Source: an uncultured Gemmatimonadales bacterium (lineage in GTDB: Bacteria > Gemmatimonadota > Gemmatimonadetes > Gemmatimonadales > GWC2-71-9). From it: DNA of 64,000 nucleotides. The notes below the pieces were generated by a model. It made no database searches. It saw only the letters and a program-made list of their open reading frames with translations, and was not told the origin of the DNA. Below are positions 1 to 10,033 of the stretch, piece by piece (within the stretch, counting starts at the first letter, position 1; each line of letters opens with the position of its first letter). Where the stretch lies: the NCBI GenBank assembly GCA_963821385.1, contig CAWGDK010000005.1, forward strand, positions 488,907-552,906, in the 5' to 3' direction. The translations under genes were made by a program, and so were the position numbers.

Positions 1-400
1 TCGGCGTACTCCATCGCGAGGCAGTAGCGCATGGTCGGGCCGTCCACCTGCACGAAACGATCGTAGACGCGGAGCGCCCGGGACTCGCCGAAACAGGAGC
101 TGTGCGAAATACGCTTCGCGCAGCCAGCCCGTCATCCAGTGGCTGATCTTGACGCAGACGCGTGGCGGCAGCGCGCCCTGCGGATCCGGGGTGGCAAGAT
201 AGATCTCCCCGAATCCGCCCTTCCCGATCAGCCGGTCCAGTCGATAGGTGCGCCCGGTTTCGGAGGAGTACACCGACGCGCGAATCCGCGTGGCGAGCGG
301 TTTGGCGGCCGATCGGCCCAGGACAGTCCCGGGGCGATGGAGCCGGCGCGTCTCACGGCGAGTGGTCTTGCCCGAGGCGCGGGTGTGTTTGTTCGACATG
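1..400 (-). CDS. Ser/Thr protein kinase, N-terminal part (runs off the left edge); probable 1-nt frame disruption near nt 92-95
   Basis: My own translation from the ATG at 400 gives ...YRLDRLIGKGGFGEIYLA (Gly-rich loop) and VCVKI (VAIK-type Lys). Downstream of ~nt 95 the kinase-like sequence (RVYDRFVQVDGPTMRYCLAMEYA) continues in another frame, at an AAA/TTT run. Confidence 0.6.
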
Positions 401-424
401 GTTGTTGATCGAGAATATACCGGG

Positions 425-793
425 TCAGCTCTTGGTCCGAATCAGCGAACCGATCACCGCCCCCACCACGGCCGGCGGGACGGCGATGATCGCCACCGCG
501 CGCGCGACCTCGTCCGCGCCACACTGAGTGTCCGAGTCGCTGCAAAACACGGAAAGAAAGAGCCCGGTCGCCACCAGCCCAACCGAGCCGCCAATCAGCA
601 AGCCGGTCACGGTGTGGGAATGCGTCTCCGCCGTCGCGGTGTCCTGAGGAACAGTCGCAATACGAACCACACTCTGCGTCCGCAGTGTGGGACTCCAGGC
701 GGTCAGCTGAGGAGCGAGGGACTGGCCCGGCAGGAACTGGGGCGTTCCCAGCAGCAGGACCGCCACGAGCACGCCGGCGCGCGTTCTCAGCAC
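425..793 (-). CDS. small secreted/membrane protein with a Gly-rich C-terminal TM segment (hypothetical)
   Basis: ORF 425..793 (122 aa). It has an N-terminal signal-like segment (GVLVAVLLLGTPQ) and C-terminal hydrophobic glycine-zipper-like stretches (LLIGGSVGLVATGLF, VVGAVIGSLI). Confidence 0.45.
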   Translation of the reverse strand: MLRTRAGVLVAVLLLGTPQFLPGQSLAPQLTAWSPTLRTQSVVRIATVPQDTATAETHSHTVTGLLIGGSVGLVATGLFLSVFCSDSDTQCGADEVARAVAIIAVPPAVVGAVIGSLIRTKS

Positions 794-814
794 GCAGGCG
801 CCACCGTGGCGTTG

Positions 815-1531
815 TTAGGCGGCGCTACCATCAGGCGGATGCGTCGAGGAAGGCAGCGCCGCGGCCTCCGGCGGAGGGGCTATCTGTGCCGCAAGCGCGT
901 CCATCTGGCGCCCGCGCAGACGCGCCCACCGTGGTAGCCGAAGCGCGCCGCTCACAATCATGCCGACACCCGCCGCGAGGAGAACCGTGATACCCGAAAT
1001 GGCGTCGCCCAAATGGCCAACGATCGCGGTCGAAATGGCGACCGTCGCCGTCACCCCAAGGATCGCCAGCCCAGCGCCAATGGACGCGCGTGCGGCGCCG
1101 TGCAGCGTCCCAAAACGGAGCCGGTGACCGGTTGCGGTCGGTTCGAGGAGTACCTGCAGGTTTCCGTTCGTCCACTGCCGCAATGAGCCGTCCGAGCGCG
1201 TGGTGCCGCGGGCGTTGAAGACATCGCGCAACTGGACGACCAGCTGCTCCCACTCGTGATCGGTGAGCCGGCGATTGAGGTGCACCGTGCGCGCCACGCC
1301 GATCGGCAGTCCAAGGAACGTGCGCGCCGCCGCCCCTTGGCGCATGTCGAGCGCCTGGGCGGCTTGGGCAACCGCGGCCGGCTCGATGCCGACTTCACGG
1401 CCGATCGCTTGCAGATCGGTAACCGTCAGGCCCTCTTCGGAGGACACTTCCCGCTGGGGGCTTTGCGGCCCTTCCGTCGCGGCGCGGAAAATCGCCGCGA
1501 TTTCCTTGTCGTTGTATCGGCGCTCGGCCAT
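815..1531 (-). CDS. hypothetical membrane protein (soluble N-terminal domain plus 2 C-terminal TM helices)
   Basis: ORF 815..1606. The likely start is the internal ATG at 1531 (MAERRYNDKEIAAIF). TM-like stretches are IGAGLAILGVTATVAISTAIVG and ITVLLAAGVGMIVSGAL. No family recognised. Confidence 0.5.
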   Translation of the reverse strand: MAERRYNDKEIAAIFRAATEGPQSPQREVSSEEGLTVTDLQAIGREVGIEPAAVAQAAQALDMRQGAAARTFLGLPIGVARTVHLNRRLTDHEWEQLVVQLRDVFNARGTTRSDGSLRQWTNGNLQVLLEPTATGHRLRFGTLHGAARASIGAGLAILGVTATVAISTAIVGHLGDAISGITVLLAAGVGMIVSGALRLPRWARLRGRQMDALAAQIAPPPEAAALPSSTHPPDGSAA

Positions 1532-1602
1532 GTCAAAGTATCGCTGGAGCCGTGGCGCGAGGCAATTGCGTGGTGCGCGGAAGCTCATACTATGCTGCGA
1601 CA

Positions 1603-2614
1603 TCACGATGCGACCGCCGCCCGCGCTGCGTCACGCGGCGACCCACCCCAGTGCCGCTGCCACGTGCGCCGCAGCTGGAGCCCGGACCGGAAGCCCGCGA
1701 CCTCGGCGGCGCGCGTGACGGTGGCGCCGCACTCGATCGAGAGGCGCGCGCGCTCCAGGCGGATGAGCCGCAGGTAGTCGCAGCGGCGAGACGCCGGCGT
1801 GGTCGATGAACAGCCGCAGCAGGTGCCGCTCGGTGGCGTGCGCCGACCGCCGCCAGCGCGGCCATGTCCCAGTCGCGCTCCGGGCGGGTGACGATGGCGT
1901 CCTGCACCCGGTGCACCGCGGCGTGCAGGTGGCGGCGATGCACCAGGAACGGCGACAGCTCGGGGTCGCGTGGCGAGCGCCGCAGGTACACCACCATGTC
2001 CTCGGCGACGCTCGCCGCGAGCGCCTCGCCGCACTCCTCGGCGATCAGGTGCAGCGCGAGGTCGATGCCCGCGGTGATCCCGGCGCTCGAGGCGAGCGGC
2101 CCGTCGACCACGAACACGCGGTTGTCGATCACCTCGCGCCTGGGGCGCCAGGGTCCGCAGCGCCTGGAGCAGCTCGTGGTGCGTCGTGCAGCGACGCCCG
2201 GCGACCAGGCCCGCGCGCGCCGCGAGCAGCGTCCCCGAGCAGATCGCGAGCACGCGATGCGGCGTGTCCTCGGCGAGCACGGGCTCGCGCAGGCGCTTGA
2301 GCCACTGCGCGATCGCGGCGATCGGCCGGTGTGACCCGGCCGAGATGCGCGGCCGGCTGACCCACGAGCACGACCCAGGTCGGCGCGTCCAACCGGTGGG
2401 GCAATGGCTCGAGGCCGGCCAGCGCCAGCCCGACCGAGGTCGGCGGCGTGGCCACGGGACCGGCGAATCGCAGCCGGAAGCGCGGCGCCTGGCCGCGCCG
2501 CTCGCGATGCAGGTTCGCGAGGCGAAACGCCTCCGCGGGCCCCGCGATGTCGAGCAGCAGCGATTGCGGCGCGATGACGAACAGGCAGTCGATCAGGGTG
2601 GCGCGTGCGATCAT
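1603..2614 (-). pseudogene. GlxA-type AraC-family transcriptional regulator (DJ-1/PfpI domain + HTH_AraC), about 3 frame disruptions
   Basis: Pieces lie in three frames. The N-terminus is MIARATLIDCLFVIAPQSLLLDIAGPAEAF (inside ORF 2129..3208). The middle is RVLAICSGTLLAARAGLVAGRRCTTHHE (ORF 1603..2280) and SSAGITAGIDLALHLIAEECG (ORF 1590..2132). The C-terminal HTH is DYLRLIRLERARLSIECGATVTRAAEVAGFRS (ORF 1603..2280). Confidence 0.75.
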
Positions 2615-2755
2615 TTCAGGACATGACCTCCCGTCCGAAGCATACGGCGCACGCACCAGGACCGCCACGCCAGCGGTCGCGCATGTCCGGAATTGATCCA
2701 AACCTGTCGGCCCCGGGCGCCGACAGGCGAGGGCACCCACCGTAGCTTCGCGCGC

Positions 2756-4793
2756 ATGGTCAACCATCGACTGGCGTCCGCCTGCAGTGCCCTGGCCCTG
2801 CTCCTCCTGTGCAGCGCGGTTGGCTCGGCGCGGGCGCAAGGCGTGGAGCCGGGCGTCGACACCAGCGTCGCGGCCGGCGACGACTTCTTCGCCTTCGCCA
2901 ATGGCAGCGTGGCTCAGGAGCACGGTGATTCCGGAAGGCCGCTCGCGCTGGGGCGCCCGCAACCAGATCGACGAACTAGCACGCCGCCAGGTCGCGACCC
3001 TGCTCGACGACGCCGTGACGGCGCCCCCGGGGACGGCCGCGCGCAAGGTCGTCGACTTCCGCGCCGCCTGGCTGAATGAGGCCGCGATCGAAGCCCGCGG
3101 GATTGCCGCGCTCCGGCCGGTCCTCGACAGCATCGATCGCGTGCGCGACAAGGCGTCGCTGACTCGCCTGCTGGGCCGCTGGATCGGTGCCGACGTCGAC
3201 CCGCTCAACTACGGGCGTCTACCAGTCGTCGCGACTCATTGGGCTGTCGGTCGAGCCCGGCATCAACGGCGAGCGGACCTACCCCGTGTTCCTGCTGCAG
3301 GGTGGACTCGGCCTCCCCGACCGTGACTACTACGTCGGCGACGAGCCTCCCAAGCAGGCACTGCGGACCAAGTACCAGGCCCATCTCGGGCGCATGCTGG
3401 CCCTCGCCGGATTCGATCGCGCCGACACGCGTGCCGCGGCGGTCATGGCGACTCGAGACCTCCCTCGCCCGGAGCCAGGCGACGCGTGCGATCTCGGCCA
3501 ACGACCACAACGCGGATCATCGGTGGACCCGTGCCGACTTTGCCCGCGAGGCGCCGGGCATGGACTGGCCGGCGTTTCTCGACGCGGCGGGGCTGGGCCG
3601 TCAGGACACGATCGCCGTATGGCAACCGGGCGCCATGACGGGCGTGGCAGCGCTGGTGTCATCGCTGCCGCTCGAGACCTGGAAAGACTACCTGCGCGCG
3701 CATCTGCTGGACGAAGAGGCCGACGTGCTGCCGCGCGCCTTCGCCGAAGAAGCCCTCGCCATGCGCGGCGCGCTGTCGGCGCAACCACCCGTCCCGCGCG
3801 CCCAGCGGGCGCTCGAGGCGACGCAGCTGGGCATGGGCAACGCCATCGGGCGGATGTACGCCGAGCGATACTTCTCCGCCCGCACAGAAAGCGCGCGTGC
3901 AGGGCATCGTGGCCAGTGTCGCGGTGGCGTTCCGGCGGCACGTGGAAGCCGCGACGTGGCTCGAGCCCGCGACGCGGGCGATGGCGCTGGCGAAGCTGCG
4001 CTCGCTCTATGTCGGCGTCGGCTACCCGGAGCACTGGGAGGACGATGCCGACCTGGTCGTCGATCCAGCGGACGCGCTGGGCAATCATCGCCGCGTGTTG
4101 GAGCGCCGCCACCGCCAGGCCCTGGTACGGCTGGGCCGGCCCGTCGACCTCAGGCAGTGGTGGATCGCCCCGCAGGCAGCGGGCGCGGTGCTCGTCTTCC
4201 AGCAGAACGTCTACGACTTTGCGGCCGGCCTGCTGCAGCCGACAAAGTTCGATTCGACTGCGTCCGACGCCGCAAACTACGGCGCGATCGGCGCGATCAT
4301 CGGTCACGACATCAGCCATTACGTCGACGTGCTGGGCGCCGACTATGACACCGTCTTCGCGGAGCGTCACTGGTGGACCACGGAAGACATGACCCGTTTC
4401 GAGGCCGTGGCCGAGCCGCTGGTGCGGCAGTTCTCCGGGTATCGCCCGTTTCCGGACCTCGCCGTGGACGGCCGTCTGACGAGGACCGAGAACGTCGCCG
4501 ACCTGGCGGGCCTGACGGCGGCGTTCGAGGCGTACCGCCTGAGCCTGGGCGACGGAACGCGCGACACCGCGAAGGTCCGGCAACAGGACCGGCAGTTCTT
4601 CATCGCGTGGGCGCGCAGTTGGCGCGTGATGATCAGCGAACCTGCCATGCGGACCCAGCTCGCGACGGATCACGCGCCGGAGCCCTACCGGGTGAACACG
4701 GTGCGGAACCTGGATGCGTGGTACGACGCGTTCGACGTGCGGCCGGGACAGCGCCTCTATCTCGAGCCCGCGGCGCGGGTGCGGGTGTGGTAG
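2756..4793 (+). pseudogene. M13-family (neprilysin/PepO-like) metallopeptidase, secreted, about 4 frame disruptions and atypical active-site motifs
   Basis: The protein is reconstructed from ORFs 2693..3079, 2787..3326, 3187..4392, 3239..4348 and 3897..4793. Supporting motifs are a signal peptide, GDDFFAFANGS, GLPDRDYY, NYGAIGAIIGHDISH (HExxH position), ENVADLAGL and the C-terminal ...RVW. Confidence 0.85.
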
Positions 4794-4824
4794 GGCGCGG
4801 CTGACCTACGCGGTACTGACCCGT

Positions 4825-5199
4825 TTAGTCCCAGTCTTGCCCGAGCACCAGCACCACCCCGTTCGGGTCGCGAATGGAAAAGTCGCGCACGTGATAGGGA
4901 CGCGTCCCGATCGGTACGTCGATGGCGACCCCCCGTTTGGTGACGTCTTCGTACAGCGCGTTCACGTCCCTGACCCAGAAAAAGACGCGAACACCCTTCG
5001 GCGCGTGTTCGCCTTTGGCAAGATGAAGTGCGGCGTTGTCCCGCCAGACGACCGTGTACTCCGGCGTTTCGGTTCCCGGGTCGGACTTGAACCCCAGTAT
5101 GCTCCGGTAGAAGGCGGCCGTAGCAGGAACATCCGGGACCTGGAGCACGGGAGAGCCCTGGTAGAACTGCTCTGGATTACTGGTAGGCATATCTGGCAT
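4825..5199 (-). CDS. VOC-family (glyoxalase/bleomycin-resistance fold) protein
   Basis: ORF 4825..5271 with the probable start MPDMPT at 5199. Motifs: VLQVPDVPATAAFYRSILGF...HLAKGE...YHVRDFSIRDPNGVVLVLGQ. Confidence 0.8.
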   Translation of the reverse strand: MPDMPTSNPEQFYQGSPVLQVPDVPATAAFYRSILGFKSDPGTETPEYTVVWRDNAALHLAKGEHAPKGVRVFFWVRDVNALYEDVTKRGVAIDVPIGTRPYHVRDFSIRDPNGVVLVLGQDWD

Positions 5200-5278
5200 G
5201 GCGCGCTCACTCCCTAGAGTCTCGGCACTTCTACGCGACCTTCCATTCGAAAGCTGACGGCGTCGAGTCAACGGTCAA

Positions 5279-5465
5279 GTCAGCCCACGATTTTCGGACG
5301 ATCACGAACCGTCATGATCGTGGCGAGCATGGTCGCCACCAAGGTCTCCGCGCCGTCGCCGAGCATTGACGCGTCCGCCTGGCACACCGTGATCGTCCGC
5401 CCGGCCCGCACGACGCGGCCGCGGGCGATCAACCTTTGGTTCAACCATTCGTGATCGGCAGCGGC
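5279..5465 (-). pseudogene. C-terminal remnant of a PaaI/hotdog-fold thioesterase
   Basis: My own translation gives ...LIARGRVVRAGRTITVCQADASMLGDGAETLVATMLATIMTVRDRPKIVG*. There is no N-terminal half and no start. It is squeezed between two genes. Confidence 0.4.
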
Positions 5466-5466
5466 G

Positions 5467-5973
5467 TCAGGGATTTGTTTGTGTTATCAGCTGCCCGCAC
5501 ATGCCCCCGATTATCTGCCAAGTGTTGCCAGTCTTCCGCCACGTGTGGGTGAACTTGAAGACCCGATCCCGGTTCTCAACCCGACCGTCCGGGTACTCGT
5601 ACAGCATCGGTGTCTGATAGAACACCACAACGATGTCCCCAAAGTCGGCCGCGCCTTCCCGCGTCAAGGAATAGCTGAATCTCGCCTGCTTGTCGCGGAT
5701 ATCACGGACCCAGTCCCCGATAATCGCTTTGGTGGCCGGGTGCGAGGCCCAGCACGGCCAACCTCGGAACCCTTCGTCCCAAAGTGTGCGATATCCATCG
5801 ACATCCCCTGCCTGAACGAACCGCCAGTATTGTTCCTCCTGCGCCCACACAGCCTCCACACCCGGGCTTCCTCCCGTGGTAGCGGACGACTGCTGTGCTC
5901 GGCTGGACCGAGCCGCGGCGATACTCAGCAGGAGAGCAATCGCTGCCTGGTGCACCCAACGCCGATCGGTCAC
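5467..5973 (-). CDS. secreted NTF2-like (SnoaL/DUF4440-type) protein
   Basis: ORF 5467..5973 (168 aa). It has a signal peptide ending SSRAQQ. Motifs: EEQYWRFVQAGDVDGYRTLWDEGF ... FTHTWRKTGNTWQIIGG. Confidence 0.6.
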   Translation of the reverse strand: MTDRRWVHQAAIALLLSIAAARSSRAQQSSATTGGSPGVEAVWAQEEQYWRFVQAGDVDGYRTLWDEGFRGWPCWASHPATKAIIGDWVRDIRDKQARFSYSLTREGAADFGDIVVVFYQTPMLYEYPDGRVENRDRVFKFTHTWRKTGNTWQIIGGMCGQLITQTNP

Positions 5974-6034
5974 GGTGTCCTCATCCTGGTAGGTGTCAGC
6001 CGCCGCAGGCCGACAGGTTCATGCCTGGTTAACG

Positions 6035-6740
6035 TCAGCGGCGGCGCAACGCGGCCGCGATCGCCGCTTCAGCCAGTGGTGCCATCACGCGGTACCCGGC
6101 CTCGTTCGGGTGCACGCCGTCCTGGGACAGCTCCGGCCTGAGCCCCATTTGCGCATCGGCCATCGCCGAGTGGAAGTCGACGTAGACAACGTCGTGCGCA
6201 GCCGCATACCGCCTTATCCAGGCGTTGAGCGCCACGATCTTCGGCGCGGGCTCCAATCCCCGCTTCCATGGATAGTCGGAGACCGGTAACACGGACGCCA
6301 GCACGACGCGAATGCCGTTCGCCTGCGCGAGCTCGACCATCGACACGAGGTTGTCCTCGATCATCTCGAGCGTCGCGGGGCCCGTGTTCCCCGCGATATC
6401 GTTGGTGCCGGCCAGGATGACGACCGCCGCCGGGTGGAGCGCGATCACATCCTGCCGGAAGCGCACCAGCATCTGCGGCGTGGTCTGGCCGCTGATGCCG
6501 CGCCCCACATAGGGTTTTCCAGGAAACGATGTGGCGAAGAGCGGGGCCCAGTAGGCGGTGATGGAGTTGCCGTAGAACACCACCCGTTGCTCGCCGGGAC
6601 GCGGGGCGCCGAGCGCGGCGTTCGAGTCGCGATAGCGGGCGAGGGAGGCCCAGTCGTCCGCGCTCGTCTGGGCCTGGAGTCGCGTCAGCAGAGACGCGGT
6701 GACCAAGCCCAGGACGGCAAGGCGGGAGGCTACGGAGACT
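6035..6740 (-). CDS. SGNH/GDSL-family hydrolase (lipase/acylhydrolase), secreted; start codon unclear
   Basis: C-terminal 230 aa of ORF 6035..7153. Motifs: VVFYGNSIT (block I), GISGQTT (block II), ILAGTNDI (block III), DGVHPN (block V). The part of the ORF upstream of ~6740 overlaps the RCC1 gene in another frame and is not credible. Confidence 0.8.
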
Positions 6741-8874
6741 CCGTGACCCGAACCGGCGCGCCGCGGTCGATCAGCGTGCCATCGCCGAGCTGCCCACTGG
6801 AGTTGCTCCCCCAACAGTAGATCGACCCGTCGGGCGTCACGCCGCAGGTGTGCGAGCCCCCGGCGCTCAAGGCGACAAAGGTGAGCCCACCGCTCACCGG
6901 CGCCGCGACGGCATTCGCTCCCCCGATGGCGCCATTCCCGAGCTGGCCGTTCGAATTCGACCCCCAGCAATAGGCGGCTCCCGCCGCCGTGAGACCGCAG
7001 GTGTGCTCGCCCCCGGCCACGAGCGACACCAGCGTCACCGCGACCGACGCCCGGATCGGATACCCATGTCCATTGAACCCGTACGCCGGCTGGCCCAGCT
7101 GGCCGCTCGAGTTCGATCCCCAGCACAGCACGCCCACGGCGTCGAACGCGCACGTGTGACCACGTCCCGCGGCGAGCCCTGACAGCGGAATCCCTTCACC
7201 AATCGCGTTCCCAGAGGTGTCCGCATAGCCGACCGGCAGCTTGAAGCCATCGGGGTGACTGTAAATCGGATTCCAGGACGAAGCCTCCAGAGGCCCGTAG
7301 CCCAGCTCTCCTCCGAAATTCATCCCCATGCAGATGACCCGGAAGTTGAGATAGAGAACCGATGGCCTGGCGCAGACATGCTCGCCACCGGCCGCGGCTT
7401 CGACGAAATCCGTGGTCTGGTCGGCGAACGGGCTCGGGGGGAGCGGTACGGCTGCCGCGGCCGTCGAGTCGAACGTGACGCCGTCGGTGCTGTTATTGGC
7501 GCTGTGGGTTCCCCAGCAGCGCATGCGCCGGACGCGGCTGATAAAACCGAACCGCGCACGGGCGAGGATGCATGTGTAGGTGCCGCCGACGAGCAGCTGC
7601 TCGATACGCAGCTGCGCGGTGTCCAGATTGCCGTCCGAGACGACCGTCACCGGAACCTCGGACGCATCGAACCCCCCGCAGCCTGTCGACCCACCCGTAC
7701 ATGGGGCGTCGCCCAGCGCGCCGTGTATCCGCGAACCCCAACAGAACAGGTTGACCTGCGCTTCTTCCCCGCAGGTGTGCGCATCACCGGCCGCGAGCTC
7801 GTTGAACCGGTGAGATGTCGCGACCGCGAGCGGGCGGGATGAGAGCGGGAGCGCGGCTGTCGTGAGCCCGGCGCCGAGCTCCCCCGCATTGTTGCTGCCC
7901 CAGCAATACCCGGTGCCATCGAGCGCCGCGATCGCGCAGGTGTGGTCCAACCCGGCGCTCACGGTGCGCCACCTCTGCACCACCACGAGCGGCGCGCGAT
8001 GCTCGGCGACCTCGAACGGCGCGGCCCCTACCGTGGCCACGATTTCGCCGCCGCCCCGGCTCTTGGCCAGAACGAGACCATTGGAGTCGACGGTGAACGC
8101 CGCCACGTTCGTGGAGCTCCAGTGCACCGTAAGCCCCGTCTTGGTCCGGCCCAGCGCGTCCTGCACCGTCACGCCGAACGAGGCCGTGTCGTTGAGCGAG
8201 ATCAACGGCGCCCACACCGGTTGTTCGATGACCCGGAGCGGCAACACCCGGACCGGCAGCTGGAACGTCGAGTGGCCGAGCTGGTTCTGGACCGTCACGA
8301 TCACCTGCGCCGTGCCGCTGATGCGGGCGGTAATCTCGGCCCGCGTGGAATCCGTTGCCAGGGACGTCACACCGAGCACCGACGGATCGCTCGAGCTCCA
8401 GGTGACTGCACCGGTCAAGAAGCTCGGATCGACGTGCAGCACCAGGCCGATCGTGTCGACATCGCCGACGGACAGCAACGAGTCGGCGCCGCGCGGCCGG
8501 ACGACCACCGGTGCCGTCAGCTCGACCGGCGCGAAGCCGGTTTGGGCAACACGCACGGAGATAGTGGCCGTTCCGGAGCGGCGGCTGTCGACCGTGGCGT
8601 GCAGCGGGCTCGTGCTCGTCACCGTCACGACCGAGGAATCGGAGGACCCCCACTCGAGGTTCAGGCCCGTGAGGTTTTGCTGCTGTGGATCCGTCACGGT
8701 CACCGCGAGCGTCGCGATCTCGGCGACATCCAGCGAATCCGGCCAGGCGGCGCCCTTCGCGAGCGTCACCGTGATCGACCCGGTGGGCTCGAGCTCGTTG
8801 GTGCAGGTGGCGGCGAGCGAACCGAGGAGCAGGATCGCGGCCGCGAGACGAAGCCTCGACAGGTTAGAACGCAT
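6730..8874 (-). CDS. lipoprotein with ~3 bacterial Ig-like (BIG2) domains and an RCC1-repeat beta-propeller
   Basis: ORF 6730..8901. The likely start is MRSNLSRL at 8874, with lipobox LGSLAATC. BIG2-like segments include SSDSSVVTVTS..GTATISVRV. There are repeated CWGSNxxGxLG RCC1 signatures (CWGSNNAGELG, CWGSNSSGQLG x2, CWGSNSNGQLG). Confidence 0.85.
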   Translation of the reverse strand: MRSNLSRLRLAAAILLLGSLAATCTNELEPTGSITVTLAKGAAWPDSLDVAEIATLAVTVTDPQQQNLTGLNLEWGSSDSSVVTVTSTSPLHATVDSRRSGTATISVRVAQTGFAPVELTAPVVVRPRGADSLLSVGDVDTIGLVLHVDPSFLTGAVTWSSSDPSVLGVTSLATDSTRAEITARISGTAQVIVTVQNQLGHSTFQLPVRVLPLRVIEQPVWAPLISLNDTASFGVTVQDALGRTKTGLTVHWSSTNVAAFTVDSNGLVLAKSRGGGEIVATVGAAPFEVAEHRAPLVVVQRWRTVSAGLDHTCAIAALDGTGYCWGSNNAGELGAGLTTAALPLSSRPLAVATSHRFNELAAGDAHTCGEEAQVNLFCWGSRIHGALGDAPCTGGSTGCGGFDASEVPVTVVSDGNLDTAQLRIEQLLVGGTYTCILARARFGFISRVRRMRCWGTHSANNSTDGVTFDSTAAAAVPLPPSPFADQTTDFVEAAAGGEHVCARPSVLYLNFRVICMGMNFGGELGYGPLEASSWNPIYSHPDGFKLPVGYADTSGNAIGEGIPLSGLAAGRGHTCAFDAVGVLCWGSNSSGQLGQPAYGFNGHGYPIRASVAVTLVSLVAGGEHTCGLTAAGAAYCWGSNSNGQLGNGAIGGANAVAAPVSGGLTFVALSAGGSHTCGVTPDGSIYCWGSNSSGQLGDGTLIDRGAPVRVTESP

Positions 8875-10033
8875 ACGTGAGCCCCGCGCCGGCGAACGCA
8901 TTGGGAATCGAGCGCAGCTGTGCCTCGGTGCGGAACCCCCAGTGCCCCAGGACGCCTGTGAGGGCGATGTGCGGTGCGATCAGGAATTGCAGATCCGCCC
9001 CGACGCCAACCCCGATCACGTCGTTGGTCAGCGTCTGCCAGACCGGGACTTGCACCGAGTCGGTTCCGGACTGCACGTAGTAGCTCCCGGCCTGGAAGCG
9101 GCCCTTCACCCGGGCGACGCCGGCCTCCACGAACGGCGCGATCGCGAATCGCCCGGACCGGACCGCGACACTCGTTCCCACCATGCCGCCGGTTACCTGG
9201 AGATCTTCAGGCGCGAGCCGCAGCGCCGACAGGTGCCAGCCGATCCGCTCCTGGCCCCGGAGCAGCAGCGCGAATCGCCCACTCGGCAAGCGACCGGATT
9301 GCGTCAGCGCGCCCGTGCTCGGCGCCAAGCCGACCAGACTGAAGCGCGTGTGATACCCGGCACGAGGGATGCTCGTCGGACTCAGTTGGACCGGAATGCT
9401 CCACTTCCGCAGCCGGTCGGCCACTTCGCTCATGCCAACCGCGATGCCGTCCTGGCTGTTCTTTTCGGTCACCACTCCCACCACTTCCCACTCCCGGTTG
9501 AACAGCGCGCCCCCCGAGCTCCCCGGACTCACGAAGAACGACTCGAAGCGCACGCGGCGCGCGCTCGCGCTGATCACGCGGTCACCGCTCACCGGAGGAT
9601 CCCAGCACACCCGGTCGGGGCACCCCACCGGGATGACCAGCGCCCCGGCCTCGAGGGCCGCGGGATCTCCCTCACGATTGAAGGCGAATTGGATGGTAGC
9701 GCGCGCATCGCGCGGCAGGCTCAGCACCGCCAGGTCGAGGTCGCGGTCGAGCTGATCCAGATGCGCCTCGACGGTGTCGTTACGCGCGAACTGGAACACC
9801 ACGCGGATCTTGCCACCCTGTTGGGCACTGCGGACCACGTGACCCGCGGTCACGATGATGATGCGAGTGGACGCCGCGACCACGATCCCGGCGCCGACCT
9901 CCTCATCTTCGCCTCCGCTGGCCAGCACCTGGACCACCAGGTTGGCCGCCTCCACTGGCATGCGCGATACGCGTTGGGCTGCCAGCGGAGCGGCGGTGAG
10001 ACCCAAGATCGTTGCACCGACAACGACTCTCAT
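8864..10033 (-). CDS. trypsin-like (S1/S1C-type) serine protease fused to a C-terminal predicted outer-membrane beta-barrel
   Basis: ORF 8864..10051. The ATG at 10033 forms an ATGA overlap with the kinase stop. Motifs: signal peptide, VTAGHVV (His), DLAVLSL (Asp), SPGSSGGALF (Ser). The C-terminal ~170 aa show alternating hydrophobic beta-strand patterns and end ...GAGLTYAF. Confidence 0.7.
   Translation of the reverse strand: MRVVVGATILGLTAAPLAAQRVSRMPVEAANLVVQVLASGGEDEEVGAGIVVAASTRIIIVTAGHVVRSAQQGGKIRVVFQFARNDTVEAHLDQLDRDLDLAVLSLPRDARATIQFAFNREGDPAALEAGALVIPVGCPDRVCWDPPVSGDRVISASARRVRFESFFVSPGSSGGALFNREWEVVGVVTEKNSQDGIAVGMSEVADRLRKWSIPVQLSPTSIPRAGYHTRFSLVGLAPSTGALTQSGRLPSGRFALLLRGQERIGWHLSALRLAPEDLQVTGGMVGTSVAVRSGRFAIAPFVEAGVARVKGRFQAGSYYVQSGTDSVQVPVWQTLTNDVIGVGVGADLQFLIAPHIALTGVLGHWGFRTEAQLRSIPNAFAGAGLTYAF

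Noticed and set aside
6741-7153. An N-terminal 140-aa extension of the SGNH hydrolase ORF (6035..7153).
   Set aside because: The extension overlaps the 3' end of the RCC1 gene in another frame and is Arg/Gly-rich junk. The hydrolase signal peptide starts near 6740.
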